DNA from: a virus
Taxonomy: Duplodnaviria > Heunggongvirae > Uroviricota > Caudoviricetes
IMG/VR virus record: IMGVR_UViG_3300047272_000350
Span: 1-58,875 of that record
Length of the DNA: 58,875 nt
Strand: one strand, 5' to 3'
Notes under the pieces: model-generated
Told to the model about the DNA's origin: nothing
Databases searched by the model: none
The model's input: only the letters and a program-made list of their open reading frames with translations
Program-made: the position numbers and the translations under genes
Shown here: piece by piece, positions 1 through 8,196 of the stretch
Layout of the letters: every line of letters begins with the position of its first letter
Position numbering within the stretch: the stretch's first letter is position 1

Positions 1-100
1 AATTAATAATAGTTAAATATGCCCCTCTGTGACTACTTACATCATTATTTTTTTGTTTTTCGCAAAATTCAATTATTGATTCTACTGCTGTTTGTTTCAT
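1..100 (-). CDS. hypothetical protein, 5' part (MKQTAVESIIEFCEK...), runs off window edge
   Basis: Manual translation from ATG at 100; open to position 1; co-oriented with neighbours. Confidence 0.5.
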   Translation of the reverse strand, partial: MKQTAVESIIEFCEKQKNNDVSSHRGAYLTIIN

Positions 101-103
101 ATC

Positions 104-190
104 TTATTTGTTTTTTGATAATATTTCAGATAATATTGGTACTATAATAAAGCATAATATTAATGCTATTGCTAATCCTTGTTCTTTCAT
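104..190 (-). CDS. 28-aa single-TM peptide (MKEQGLAIALILCFIIVPILSEILSKNK)
   Basis: Manual translation; fills the gap between 194..436 and the ATG at 100 with tight spacing. Confidence 0.5.
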   Translation of the reverse strand: MKEQGLAIALILCFIIVPILSEILSKNK

Positions 191-193
191 ATC

Positions 194-436
194 TTATTTG
201 TTTTTAAACCTTTCGTCACTCTCTTTCCAAAACTTGCTTGGCTCTTTGCTCACTAATCTATCTAGCTTTTCTTCAAATGTTTCTAACTCATATAAGCCCA
301 ACTCTTCATCTGCTTTCATCATATTAGCTAACTCTTGCTTGATTTGATTACCATGCCACTCTTTCCATTCATTAAACGAAAACTTTGAGTTTGGGTTTTC
401 GTGTAAGAAATTATTATATTGTCTTTCTAAAGTCAT
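194..436 (-). CDS. hypothetical protein (80 aa)
   Basis: ORF track; operon-like 3-bp spacing. Confidence 0.8.
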   Translation of the reverse strand: MTLERQYNNFLHENPNSKFSFNEWKEWHGNQIKQELANMMKADEELGLYELETFEEKLDRLVSKEPSKFWKESDERFKNK

Positions 437-439
437 AGC

Positions 440-937
440 TTATTTTTTTGTCTGTTCCCAAATTGTTTCTTTCTTAATCTCCCCATCAACAAACCTACTG
501 ATTGTTACCTCTTCCATTTTGTGGTCTGGCTGATTTGTCATTGACACAATATCTGATACAAAAATATCATACTCCTCTTTTGTTGGGATCGCTCCCCCCG
601 AACCTACACCATCCTCGTACCTTATCATAAAGGCACAATAAGGCTCTTCTAACAAAGTTTCTTCTCTTACTACATTATCAATAGCAAAGTCTTTATCTTC
701 ATCTATTTTAAACATATTACCCTCATCATCTCTTTTGATAAAAGAAGACCTATTATAGCCACAATCCGGACAGCTTATATACTCTTCTCCGGTTTTGTAG
801 TAGTAATCATCGAAACAATCTTCGCTCTTACATCGTGGACACTCTATAAAATCTATTACACTTCCCATACTATGATATTGTTGATTGCTTTTCTTTTGAT
901 AATACTGATATACTTTGGTAGATACTTCTTTGAACAT
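440..937 (-). CDS. Zn-ribbon protein (CPRC...CPDC)
   Basis: Two CxxC pairs; acidic C-terminus. Confidence 0.8.
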   Translation of the reverse strand: MFKEVSTKVYQYYQKKSNQQYHSMGSVIDFIECPRCKSEDCFDDYYYKTGEEYISCPDCGYNRSSFIKRDDEGNMFKIDEDKDFAIDNVVREETLLEEPYCAFMIRYEDGVGSGGAIPTKEEYDIFVSDIVSMTNQPDHKMEEVTISRFVDGEIKKETIWEQTKK

Positions 938-1364
938 CTTGATAATTTTGGTAAGATAAGTCTACTAGGTAGAAAAATCTTTTTAGCTGTTCAAGTAAAG
1001 TAATTCTCTCTATATAGTAAGGGTGTGAGTACACAACTTTCTCAGCAGCTGATTGAGAAATCTTCTCTTCACTATGCTTTATTAAGTCCTCTATCGCCTC
1101 GCTTTTTATACGCTTTCTCTGTGCCTCCAAAAACTCAAAGTTCTCACGAAAGCATCTAATTTTGCTGTAATATCCTGCTAGATATACTAAGTATCCATTA
1201 AACCTTCTCTTTAAGTTTTCCAACTCGTCAAGGCTGTCTGTTCCTTTTACATACTCTTGCACCATTTCGTCCATTACCCCAAGGGTTTTCTTTGTTTCTA
1301 GGTAATCTTTCTCGCTGAACTTTACTAAGTCGGATACTCTAAGTATATTATTTGCTACTGCCAT
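870..1364 (-). CDS. helical protein, possibly UvsY-like recombination mediator
   Basis: All-helical 164 aa; EKISQSAAEKVVYSHPYY segment recalls the UvsY family. The CDS is solid, the function tentative. Confidence 0.6.
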   Translation of the reverse strand: MAVANNILRVSDLVKFSEKDYLETKKTLGVMDEMVQEYVKGTDSLDELENLKRRFNGYLVYLAGYYSKIRCFRENFEFLEAQRKRIKSEAIEDLIKHSEEKISQSAAEKVVYSHPYYIERITLLEQLKRFFYLVDLSYQNYQDVQRSIYQSISVLSKEKQSTIS

Positions 1365-1710
1365 GGTTTACTGCTTTATTTATTTTGGTTAATAGGTCTA
1401 ACTCGTTACTAAAAATACTCTCTACTTTTACTTGTCTTCTAGTAGAGGTTTCTGCTTTTGCTATGCTCTTTATACTATCTACAACATTAGACCTTAGTCT
1501 TCGTGTTATAAAAAAGTTATGGTTTGATATTTGTACCCCCTCACAATCTATCAATAAAAAATACTGCAATTCTTCTATGGATAATAAATAGTCCATAGTT
1601 TCGGGATTTATTTCGATAAGGCAATCTTTTCTCAAAGTCATGCTCTTAACTAAATCTACTATACTCTCCTCTTGTTGAGTTAGTACTAATTCTTTTTTAA
1701 ATAATTTCAT
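1348..1710 (-). CDS. hypothetical protein (likely start MKLFKK at 1710; ORF track starts at 1752)
   Basis: ORF track; ATG with A-rich context. Confidence 0.75.
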   Translation of the reverse strand: MKLFKKELVLTQQEESIVDLVKSMTLRKDCLIEINPETMDYLLSIEELQYFLLIDCEGVQISNHNFFITRRLRSNVVDSIKSIAKAETSTRRQVKVESIFSNELDLLTKINKAVNHGSSK

Positions 1711-1867
1711 ATTAACTAATTTAAAATTAAATCTGTCTTTCCAGATTGTCACCTATATTGTTATTTGTACCATTATGATTTTCTCTCCTAAATTCAAAGT
1801 ACAGCGACACGAACATAACAACGACCAACATTACAAGGTTTGTAAGGATTTCAACTGAATTTGGAGA

Positions 1868-2101
1868 TTATATTATATTTACTTTGTTTTCTGTCTCTAT
1901 CCAAACTTTAGCCCCACATGATAGGGGCTTGTTTGGGCTATAAATAACTTTTGCTACAACTCTCCCCTCAACATCTAGTATTTCTACTTCCTTGGCGTAT
2001 TTGTTTTCCTTGTAAGTCTTGCAAGTAATTACTGGGTTTTGAGACCCGTTCTTTTTATTTGCCCTCACAACACTTTGATTGACATGAATTATCGTCTTCA
2101 T
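1868..2101 (-). CDS. conserved phage hypothetical protein (MKTIIHVNQ...KPLSCGAKVWIET)
   Basis: ORF track; sequence type recurrent in phages, from recall. Confidence 0.8.
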   Translation of the reverse strand: MKTIIHVNQSVVRANKKNGSQNPVITCKTYKENKYAKEVEILDVEGRVVAKVIYSPNKPLSCGAKVWIETENKVNII

Positions 2102-2615
2102 AAGAATTTTTATTTAAGTACTCTATTGCTTTTGCTAGAGTTTTTACGTTATCTTTAAATTGACCTAGTGCTAAATTACAACTATTACACAACAGCCCTC
2201 TAACTTTATTAGAAGAATGGCAATGGTCTATATGTGTTGCTTTACCTAAGTGTACTAGTTCTTTAGAGCATATCTCACAACAACCATTTTGTTTTTGAAA
2301 CATAATATTGTAATAATCTAAATCTATATTATACTTCCTTTGCATAATCCTAGACTTTGTACTTTCAATATTATTATTTCTGTATTTTATAGTGGATACG
2401 GAATGTCTTTTTTTACTTTCCTCATTCCTATTTCTACTTTTTAAAATCCTAGTTTTTAACTTATCTTTGTTTAAGTTATCATACTCCTTGTTTTGCTTGT
2501 TGATACAAGATTTACAATAGCACTTAAAACCGGATTTTGTTTGTTTAGATTTGTAAAAATTTTCAAAATTTAATTCTTTTTTCTCCCCACATTTGTGACA
2601 AATTTTAGTTTCCAT
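2055..2615 (-). CDS. endonuclease VII-family (His-Me finger) homing endonuclease
   Basis: N-terminal CxxC...CxxC; C-terminal CEIC...HIDHCHSSNKVRGLLCNSCNLALG motif; likely start METKIC at 2615. Confidence 0.88.
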   Translation of the reverse strand: METKICHKCGEKKELNFENFYKSKQTKSGFKCYCKSCINKQNKEYDNLNKDKLKTRILKSRNRNEESKKRHSVSTIKYRNNNIESTKSRIMQRKYNIDLDYYNIMFQKQNGCCEICSKELVHLGKATHIDHCHSSNKVRGLLCNSCNLALGQFKDNVKTLAKAIEYLNKNSYEDDNSCQSKCCEGK

Positions 2616-2624
2616 ATTATTTAA

Positions 2625-2722
2625 AATAAAAAAGCCTACCAATACTTTTACGGAGGCTCTGACCTCTCCGCTATATATTAATAGGCAAATATCTTTAGTT
2701 TCTATAATGTCAGAGCGAAACT
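2625..2722 (-). ncRNA. candidate structured 5' leader of the endonuclease VII gene
   Basis: Complementary pairs 2656-2663/2709-2716 (8 bp), 2651-2655/2666-2670 and 2634-2638/2682-2686 followed by a U-run. Confidence 0.5.
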
Positions 2723-2728
2723 TGGGGG

Positions 2729-2760
2729 CAAAGATACAACCTTTATTTTAATCTTGCAAA
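2729..2760 (-). promoter_or_regulatory. Bacteroidetes sigma70-type promoter (-33 TTTG, -7 TATCTTTG)
   Basis: Consensus match, 28-bp box spacing. Confidence 0.75.
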
Positions 2761-2775
2761 CTTGTTAAATATTAT

Positions 2776-2838
2776 TTATCTTGATGTGTTTGAATATATA
2801 TAAATAAACACTATTATTACTACTATTATTAAGGGCAT
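2776..2838 (-). CDS. 20-aa hydrophobic peptide (MPLIIVVIIVFIYIYSNTSR)
   Basis: Manual translation; AGT-ATG context; abuts the upstream small ORF. Confidence 0.4.
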   Translation of the reverse strand: MPLIIVVIIVFIYIYSNTSR

Positions 2839-2839
2839 A

Positions 2840-2905
2840 CTAAAATCTTTTTAAACTATTTAACCAATACATTGCTACTATCAACAAAATTAACCATAAC
2901 ACCAT
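2840..2905 (-). CDS. 21-aa hydrophobic peptide (MVLWLILLIVAMYWLNSLKRF)
   Basis: Manual translation; AGT-ATG context; 1 bp from the upstream stop. Confidence 0.4.
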   Translation of the reverse strand: MVLWLILLIVAMYWLNSLKRF

Positions 2906-2906
2906 A

Positions 2907-3137
2907 CTATATCAAATTTTGTTCTACCAACACCTCTAACACCAACCCTTTTATAAAGTCTATGTTTGCTTGGGATTGAATTTCTTGATTTGCAATACCT
3001 TTTGTGAAGTCCTCTAGTTGAGAGCCGTCCATTTGCATCTTCATATGGGTTAAACTTAATAGAGCCTTTCCTGTTATTGTGGCTGTTTGAGTTACCATAC
3101 TTATTTTTATATCGTTCTTTAAAAAATTGTCTCCCAT
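2907..3137 (-). CDS. hypothetical protein (76 aa)
   Basis: ORF track; tight packing. Confidence 0.75.
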   Translation of the reverse strand: MGDNFLKNDIKISMVTQTATITGKALLSLTHMKMQMDGSQLEDFTKGIANQEIQSQANIDFIKGLVLEVLVEQNLI

Positions 3138-3140
3138 ATC

Positions 3141-3344
3141 TTACTTTTTATTTTTGTTTTTTGCTGACTTTGCCATGCTAGTTTTATGCGTGGTCTCTAG
3201 CCCTAACTTAACCTCTCTACTTGGAGTACTGTCTAAAACTTTTTTGTCAAATCTTAGAGTTACTACATTTGGGTTCAAAAACATATTAAACCCAGTGTTA
3301 AGGGTAATATCTATCTCTACTAATTTTGTTTTTCTAGCTTTCAT
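3141..3344 (-). CDS. basic hypothetical protein (67 aa)
   Basis: ORF track. Confidence 0.7.
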   Translation of the reverse strand: MKARKTKLVEIDITLNTGFNMFLNPNVVTLRFDKKVLDSTPSREVKLGLETTHKTSMAKSAKNKNKK

Positions 3345-3564
3345 TTTTAAATGTATAAGTTTTTACAAAGTCATTGTATTCGTTGTATTCGTCTATGATA
3401 TACCCCTTACTATCGTGAGAAAATATCCATTGTCTGCCCTTCTTTTGATTAATATCTACCAAAGTATCAATCACTTCGTTTCTCTGCTCTACAGAGCATT
3501 TTTCGTCCCCTAACAAAAAGTCATTAACGCTTACAATATTAATAAGTAAGTTATCTTTACTCAT
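3334..3564 (-). CDS. hypothetical protein (76 aa)
   Basis: ORF track; overlapping coupling. Confidence 0.75.
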   Translation of the reverse strand: MSKDNLLINIVSVNDFLLGDEKCSVEQRNEVIDTLVDINQKKGRQWIFSHDSKGYIIDEYNEYNDFVKTYTFKNES

Positions 3565-3781
3565 ATTCTGCTCTTTTTAAGTCCCACAAAAAGTCATACC
3601 AATAATCGTATCTTTCATTAACATACTCTTGTGCCTCTTCTGTGTGAGAAGTCTCATCATCTAGGTCTAGTATGATACCATTTGGAAATCTGTGTTTTCC
3701 TCCCTCATCTCCGTATGAATTTATTAAGTCTCTGTCTGCAAGTATTGTTGCAACCTCTATTATATTTATTCTAATATCCAT
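3557..3781 (-). CDS. acidic hypothetical protein (74 aa)
   Basis: ORF track. Confidence 0.75.
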   Translation of the reverse strand: MDIRINIIEVATILADRDLINSYGDEGGKHRFPNGIILDLDDETSHTEEAQEYVNERYDYWYDFLWDLKRAEYE

Positions 3782-3785
3782 AATC

Positions 3786-3950
3786 TTATTTTAAATTAAA
3801 ATCTGCTAACATTCTATATGTTTCCCCATAAGAATAACCAACCCCTAGTTCTAATGCTAGGGACTTGGCTTTCTCTTTTGTTAAACCTTTCTTTACTACT
3901 TTACCAAAGGTATTTGACTTCAAGTTATACTCGAATACAATATAGGTCAT
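3786..3950 (-). CDS. hypothetical protein (54 aa, MTYIVFEYNLK...)
   Basis: Manual translation; ATGA overlap with the upstream stop. Confidence 0.65.
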   Translation of the reverse strand: MTYIVFEYNLKSNTFGKVVKKGLTKEKAKSLALELGVGYSYGETYRMLADFNLK

Positions 3951-4138
3951 AGTTTACTCGCTAGATAGCTTAAGCCAATTACAACTAAAACTACTAACAC
4001 TACTATTGCAAGGGTAAGACTTAATCCCCACAAAGATACTATTAAGGCTGATGCCATTAATACATTGTAGTTACCCTCTGTCTGTATGACATTAAGTATC
4101 ACAGCGACACCTAATATAATTGCTATTGCTAACATCAT
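3947..4138 (-). CDS. small two-TM membrane protein (63 aa)
   Basis: Two hydrophobic stretches. Confidence 0.7.
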   Translation of the reverse strand: MMLAIAIILGVAVILNVIQTEGNYNVLMASALIVSLWGLSLTLAIVVLVVLVVIGLSYLASKL

Positions 4139-4308
4139 AAGCTATTCTTTTTTAATTGTTCATTATATTTTTTCATAAAGTCTGTATCCTCATCGGGCAG
4201 TTCCATATCTAACTCTCTGTATTGCTCTACTATGTAACTTTCTTCATTACACCATTCACAACCATAGACACCTATTCTACTACCACAATCGGGACAATCC
4301 TTAGCCAT
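4135..4308 (-). CDS. small Zn-finger protein (57 aa, MAKDCPDCG...GCEWCNEE)
   Basis: Manual translation; TAATG coupling with the upstream gene; two CxxC. Confidence 0.7.
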   Translation of the reverse strand: MAKDCPDCGSRIGVYGCEWCNEESYIVEQYRELDMELPDEDTDFMKKYNEQLKKNSL

Positions 4309-4535
4309 TAAATCTCTATGTATTGGACACCCTCTTGAATTAACTCATTTAAGATTTCGATGTCTTTGTTAAACAATTCGTCTTCGTTCTCTTGCTCTAA
4401 AACTTCTACCACAAAATCAATAGGGTATTGATGACTATCTTCATCGTTAGAAGACATACTTGGTGTGATATTTGAGAAGATACTTCTCTTTGCATGTTTA
4501 GATATGCTTGGGTTATACTCTACTATAATTCTCAT
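4308..4535 (-). CDS. acidic hypothetical protein (75 aa)
   Basis: ORF track. Confidence 0.75.
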   Translation of the reverse strand: MRIIVEYNPSISKHAKRSIFSNITPSMSSNDEDSHQYPIDFVVEVLEQENEDELFNKDIEILNELIQEGVQYIEI

Positions 4536-4732
4536 ACTTCTTCAATTTCTTCCATTAATACTATACTTCTTAATACACTATTTGTCTGTTCGTCATACAA
4601 ATCTTCTGAGACAAAAGAGATATACTCAATATCACTATCGGGATTGTTTCTGTAAAAAACCTCGATACTTTCCAAGTCATGTCCTTGGTCTTGTAACTCT
4701 AGTAAAGAGTTTAATAGTTCTTGTGCGTTCAT
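4532..4732 (-). CDS. acidic hypothetical protein (start MNAQELL at 4732)
   Basis: ATG preceded by the recurrent TAACTAGT motif. Confidence 0.75.
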   Translation of the reverse strand: MNAQELLNSLLELQDQGHDLESIEVFYRNNPDSDIEYISFVSEDLYDEQTNSVLRSIVLMEEIEEV

Positions 4733-4742
4733 ACTAGTTAGT

Positions 4743-5117
4743 TTAAATTGAATTTCTTTTTTGTGTATCTGTTCCGTCTGCATTACTCTGCCACTCATCA
4801 TAATATAACTCTACTTCCGGATACCTCATTGAGTAATCGTATATAAAGTCTAAGGCTTGTTTCTTTGTATCAAATGAGGCAATAGTTTCTGTACCCTCTT
4901 CTTCATTAATACGGAATACTTCGTACCATGTCATAAGCCAATGTAAAGGTTCTTGGTCTTCTTCATCACAAGCAATTTCTATATTGCTAAGTATCACACC
5001 TAAATTCTCAAATCCTTCGATAGGTGTTATTAATAAGTCTTCCGGCAGTTGCTCTAGCAATCTTGCCACGTCTTGTCTAACAAAGGCTAACCTTTGCTTT
5101 GCAGTTAAATTTTTCAT
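4743..5117 (-). CDS. acidic hypothetical protein (124 aa)
   Basis: ORF track. Confidence 0.8.
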   Translation of the reverse strand: MKNLTAKQRLAFVRQDVARLLEQLPEDLLITPIEGFENLGVILSNIEIACDEEDQEPLHWLMTWYEVFRINEEEGTETIASFDTKKQALDFIYDYSMRYPEVELYYDEWQSNADGTDTQKRNSI

Positions 5118-5124
5118 AGCTTTA

Positions 5125-5397
5125 CTATTTTATTGTTGCACCTAATACTTTCTCTGAATGTAGCATTAAGGCTTGTGTTAAAGCAATTATACCCTCATCT
5201 GATAAGCCAATTATAGTGTTCTTGATTAACTCATCTTCTGATAAAAAGTGCCTTGTTCCCTTTTCTTTACCAACCAAAGAAGTAAGTCCTTTTATGTGTA
5301 TTACATTGTTACCTCTTTTGTTTTTAGATACTGAGATACTTCTAGTATCGTTTTTTACTACTACGTTTTTTTCTTCAACTTTAATTTCTAAATTCAT
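5125..5397 (-). CDS. hypothetical protein (90 aa)
   Basis: ORF track; directly downstream of a promoter. Confidence 0.8.
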   Translation of the reverse strand: MNLEIKVEEKNVVVKNDTRSISVSKNKRGNNVIHIKGLTSLVGKEKGTRHFLSEDELIKNTIIGLSDEGIIALTQALMLHSEKVLGATIK

Positions 5398-5420
5398 AAT
5401 TTTGTTTTTTAATTTTTTTA

Positions 5421-5451
5421 CAAAGGTAATTCTTTTTTTCTGATTACCAAA
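5421..5451 (-). promoter_or_regulatory. sigma70-type promoter (-7 TACCTTTG)
   Basis: TTTG-N-TACCTTTG with 27-bp spacing and an A-tract upstream. Confidence 0.75.
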
Positions 5452-5462
5452 ACTTTTTTTAA

Positions 5463-5720
5463 TTATTCTTCTATTAAGTCTCCAATTAGAAAATAACCCT
5501 CTTGGAAACTAGGCTCGTACTCTTTATGGTCGGCAGTCATATCATCTAGTTCATAAAACGTGCTATAACAAGCCAATTTTAACTCGTGGCACACGCATAT
5601 AACCGGTACTTCATCGCCTTTCAAAGGGTGTTCTACAAAGACTATCTCTTGCCCAACAGAATTTACCATTCTACCATACTCTGTTGGGTTGTGTACCATT
5701 AATTTTTCGTAGTTCAACAT
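5463..5720 (-). CDS. hypothetical protein (85 aa)
   Basis: ORF track. Confidence 0.8.
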   Translation of the reverse strand: MLNYEKLMVHNPTEYGRMVNSVGQEIVFVEHPLKGDEVPVICVCHELKLACYSTFYELDDMTADHKEYEPSFQEGYFLIGDLIEE

Positions 5721-5722
5721 AG

Positions 5723-5947
5723 TTAATCTAAAACTGACATTACATTACAGAAGAAGTCTTCATCTACAAAATACGTTCCCTCGTAGTATGATACTACCAC
5801 TTCCATTGGGATTTCATCTTCGGTTATCTCTTCTCCCTCTTCTAACCCCATAACTTCTTCCAAAGAGCCATCGTCTTCGTGTTGCATATACCAACGAGTT
5901 CTTAACTCTTCTAGTTCGTTTGTGCTTAATTCGTGTACTGATTTCAT
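5723..5947 (-). CDS. very acidic small protein (74 aa), DNA-mimic candidate
   Basis: About 22 D/E versus 3 K/R. Confidence 0.75.
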   Translation of the reverse strand: MKSVHELSTNELEELRTRWYMQHEDDGSLEEVMGLEEGEEITEDEIPMEVVVSYYEGTYFVDEDFFCNVMSVLD

Positions 5948-5951
5948 AATG

Positions 5952-6158
5952 TTAATCGTTTTTAGTTATAAATTCATCTAGGGTTTCTTCCCAATCTAAT
6001 TCTGTCCAATTCTCTCTGTACTCTTTGTCATACTTTTGTATAAACTTATCTGCTAATTCCATTGCTTTATCAATCTTCGAGAAGAAACTCCCATTGATTT
6101 TAAACTCTAGTAAATCGTAGTACATAATGTATCCGGTAACAACTGCTAACTCTTCCAC
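5952..6158 (-). CDS. hypothetical protein (68 aa)
   Basis: ORF track; GTG start. Confidence 0.7.
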   Translation of the reverse strand: MEELAVVTGYIMYYDLLEFKINGSFFSKIDKAMELADKFIQKYDKEYRENWTELDWEETLDEFITKND

Positions 6159-6159
6159 G

Positions 6160-6384
6160 CTATTTAAAATTTATTTCCTCAAAGGAAGTTACTACAATAT
6201 CCAAACTATCATTACCACCGGTATCAACAGAGTGCTTTAGGTCATTTTCACTCAAACCATAATAGAAAATCTCGTTATCTAAATCTTCATCTTCTTCTAC
6301 ATCGTCATACTCTTTGACAATAAAACCCTCAAACTCGGACTTGTCATCTTTCCAATATCCGTTTATGCTAAAATACTTGCTCAT
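6160..6384 (-). CDS. very acidic small protein (74 aa)
   Basis: About 21 D/E. Confidence 0.75.
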   Translation of the reverse strand: MSKYFSINGYWKDDKSEFEGFIVKEYDDVEEDEDLDNEIFYYGLSENDLKHSVDTGGNDSLDIVVTSFEEINFK

Positions 6385-6390
6385 AATACC

Positions 6391-6810
6391 TTATTTTGAG
6401 ATTAATAAATGTTCTACTGCAATAGGCTCACGATTGTACTTTAGGTTCTTCATTCCTAGAAGTCTCTCATTAACTCTATCAACTACAATTCTTCTATCAT
6501 CTTCCGTTTCTATGTAATCGTTACATAGTGTTGAAGACACACCCTTAAAACTATCCGAGAAGTCTGTTATGTTAAAGTCTCGTTCAATACACTCTGCTGT
6601 GAGTTCTAAATACCTATGATGTAGGTAACCTATTTTGTCATAGAAAAATTTAACATGTCCCGTACCCAAAGTAAACTTTTTAGGTATGTCTTTAACAACT
6701 GCCTTACCACTTTTTATAGCGTTAGGTATTCTTAATAGTTCAATTCTTTCTTTGATTAAATGTGCATCGCAAAGTTCTACTGCTCTAACACCAACTGAAA
6801 TTCTTGTCAT
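6391..6810 (-). CDS. denV: pyrimidine-dimer DNA glycosylase (T4 endonuclease V family)
   Basis: N-terminal MTRI, L.D.HL..E..EL.RI, and FTLGTGHVKFFYDK motifs. Confidence 0.92.
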   Translation of the reverse strand: MTRISVGVRAVELCDAHLIKERIELLRIPNAIKSGKAVVKDIPKKFTLGTGHVKFFYDKIGYLHHRYLELTAECIERDFNITDFSDSFKGVSSTLCNDYIETEDDRRIVVDRVNERLLGMKNLKYNREPIAVEHLLISK

Positions 6811-6880
6811 AGTATTGATTTTTATTGGCTTAATTGCCGGTACAAATTTAGCTATTTTTTTCTTATAAACCTAATTATTT

Positions 6881-7330
6881 TTAAAGTTTTTCAAAAATTA
6901 TTTTGTCATCTTCAAATAATATTTGGTACAACTCTTCCCAATCTTCCGTTCTGTTCAAAACAATAACATCATCTTCGGTATAGTGATACAAAGTGTACTC
7001 GGCATTAAGTTCTAACTCTTCTCCGTACTGCAATCCTTTTACCATATCCATAGTAATTTTATTGACTGCATCGTCTAACAAATCTTCAACAACTACTGGC
7101 TCTTCATCAAAGACTTCGTAAGTCTCCATACCACGATATAAAAAATCGGGGAAATCACAAGGCTCACTCTTAAAATCACAATAAGGGCATTCAATATCCT
7201 CATCTTCGTTTATTTTATGAAGAAGTACTGAACCACAACCCCCACAATTAACTATGTTAATTCCGGCAACTTTCTGTATCTCTTCTGTTAGTGCAATCTG
7301 CTCTAGGACTTTTTCTCTAATTGTTCTCAT
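6881..7330 (-). CDS. Zn-ribbon protein (CGGC...CPYC), acidic
   Basis: Two CxxC pairs. Confidence 0.8.
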   Translation of the reverse strand: MRTIREKVLEQIALTEEIQKVAGINIVNCGGCGSVLLHKINEDEDIECPYCDFKSEPCDFPDFLYRGMETYEVFDEEPVVVEDLLDDAVNKITMDMVKGLQYGEELELNAEYTLYHYTEDDVIVLNRTEDWEELYQILFEDDKIIFEKL

Positions 7331-7541
7331 AATACTTTGAAATTTGTTTTCTTAATTCTTCTTGATGATGTTCCGGTAGGTCTGTGCATCTAGTAACGTA
7401 TTCGTTACCATAGCAATCTTCTTGTGCCTCTTCTTTGTCTCCGTAGATAACAATCTCGCTATCGCTACTCCAACGTACTAATTGGTCATTTGCTTTATCC
7501 CAAAGCACATAGTCCGTATCATGTAGTTTAATCGAACTCAT
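7317..7541 (-). CDS. hypothetical protein (74 aa)
   Basis: ORF track. Confidence 0.75.
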   Translation of the reverse strand: MSSIKLHDTDYVLWDKANDQLVRWSSDSEIVIYGDKEEAQEDCYGNEYVTRCTDLPEHHQEELRKQISKYYENN

Positions 7542-7854
7542 AAGATACCTCTGTTATGTACATCGTACTATAATCAAAACCTGCTCTACGCATAGGTAAC
7601 ATATAAATATCATAGTACCCATAATCTTGTTCGTTCTCAATATTGAACATCAAGTTGTAGTCTGCCGGTAAATCTTCATCACTACTAAAGTCGTTGTTGT
7701 CTATCCTAATTTGAGTATTATTCTCTACTACAACCGGCTCATTAAAAAAGTCCGATAAAGTTTTGTTTAGTGTCTCTTCACTAAATCTTTGGTGTACTAG
7801 GTTTTCTAAAAAATCCACGACTTCTATTTGTCTTGGTGTTAAATCTCTTTTCAT
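7528..7854 (-). CDS. acidic hypothetical protein (108 aa)
   Basis: ORF track; first gene after a promoter. Confidence 0.8.
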   Translation of the reverse strand: MKRDLTPRQIEVVDFLENLVHQRFSEETLNKTLSDFFNEPVVVENNTQIRIDNNDFSSDEDLPADYNLMFNIENEQDYGYYDIYMLPMRRAGFDYSTMYITEVSYEFD

Positions 7855-7911
7855 AATAATTGATTTGTGCCTACTATGTTGGGGTTTCGGCTATCCCTCT
7901 GTTTTGTTATA

Positions 7912-7960
7912 CAAATATACGGCAATTATTTTTAACTACCAAACTTTTTTGCAATTATTT
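7912..7960 (-). promoter_or_regulatory. sigma70-type promoter (-7 TATATTTG) with A-tract UP-like element
   Basis: TTTG and TATATTTG boxes 28 bp apart; upstream AAAAATAATTGCAAAAAAG shared with the 9649 and 12145 promoters. Confidence 0.8.
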
Positions 7961-7987
7961 TTATTTTTTTTTTCGCCTTGTAAAAAA

Positions 7988-8191
7988 CTAGTTAAACAAA
8001 GTATTTACTGCTACTTCAATTTTGTTTAGGTAGAATACAAAGTAATCATCATTTGCATCTACTTCTAAATATTCTGCTAGTGCTAGAGTATCGTTTGGTG
8101 TTACCATATAACCATACTTATCTTTACTTGCACTAAAGGAAGTACTAAATTTTTCAAATAGTATCTCTTCGATTTTACTTATTGTGTTCAT
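7988..8191 (-). CDS. hypothetical protein (67 aa)
   Basis: ORF track; TAACTAGT-ATG context. Confidence 0.75.
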   Translation of the reverse strand: MNTISKIEEILFEKFSTSFSASKDKYGYMVTPNDTLALAEYLEVDANDDYFVFYLNKIEVAVNTLFN

Positions 8192-8196
8192 ACTAG

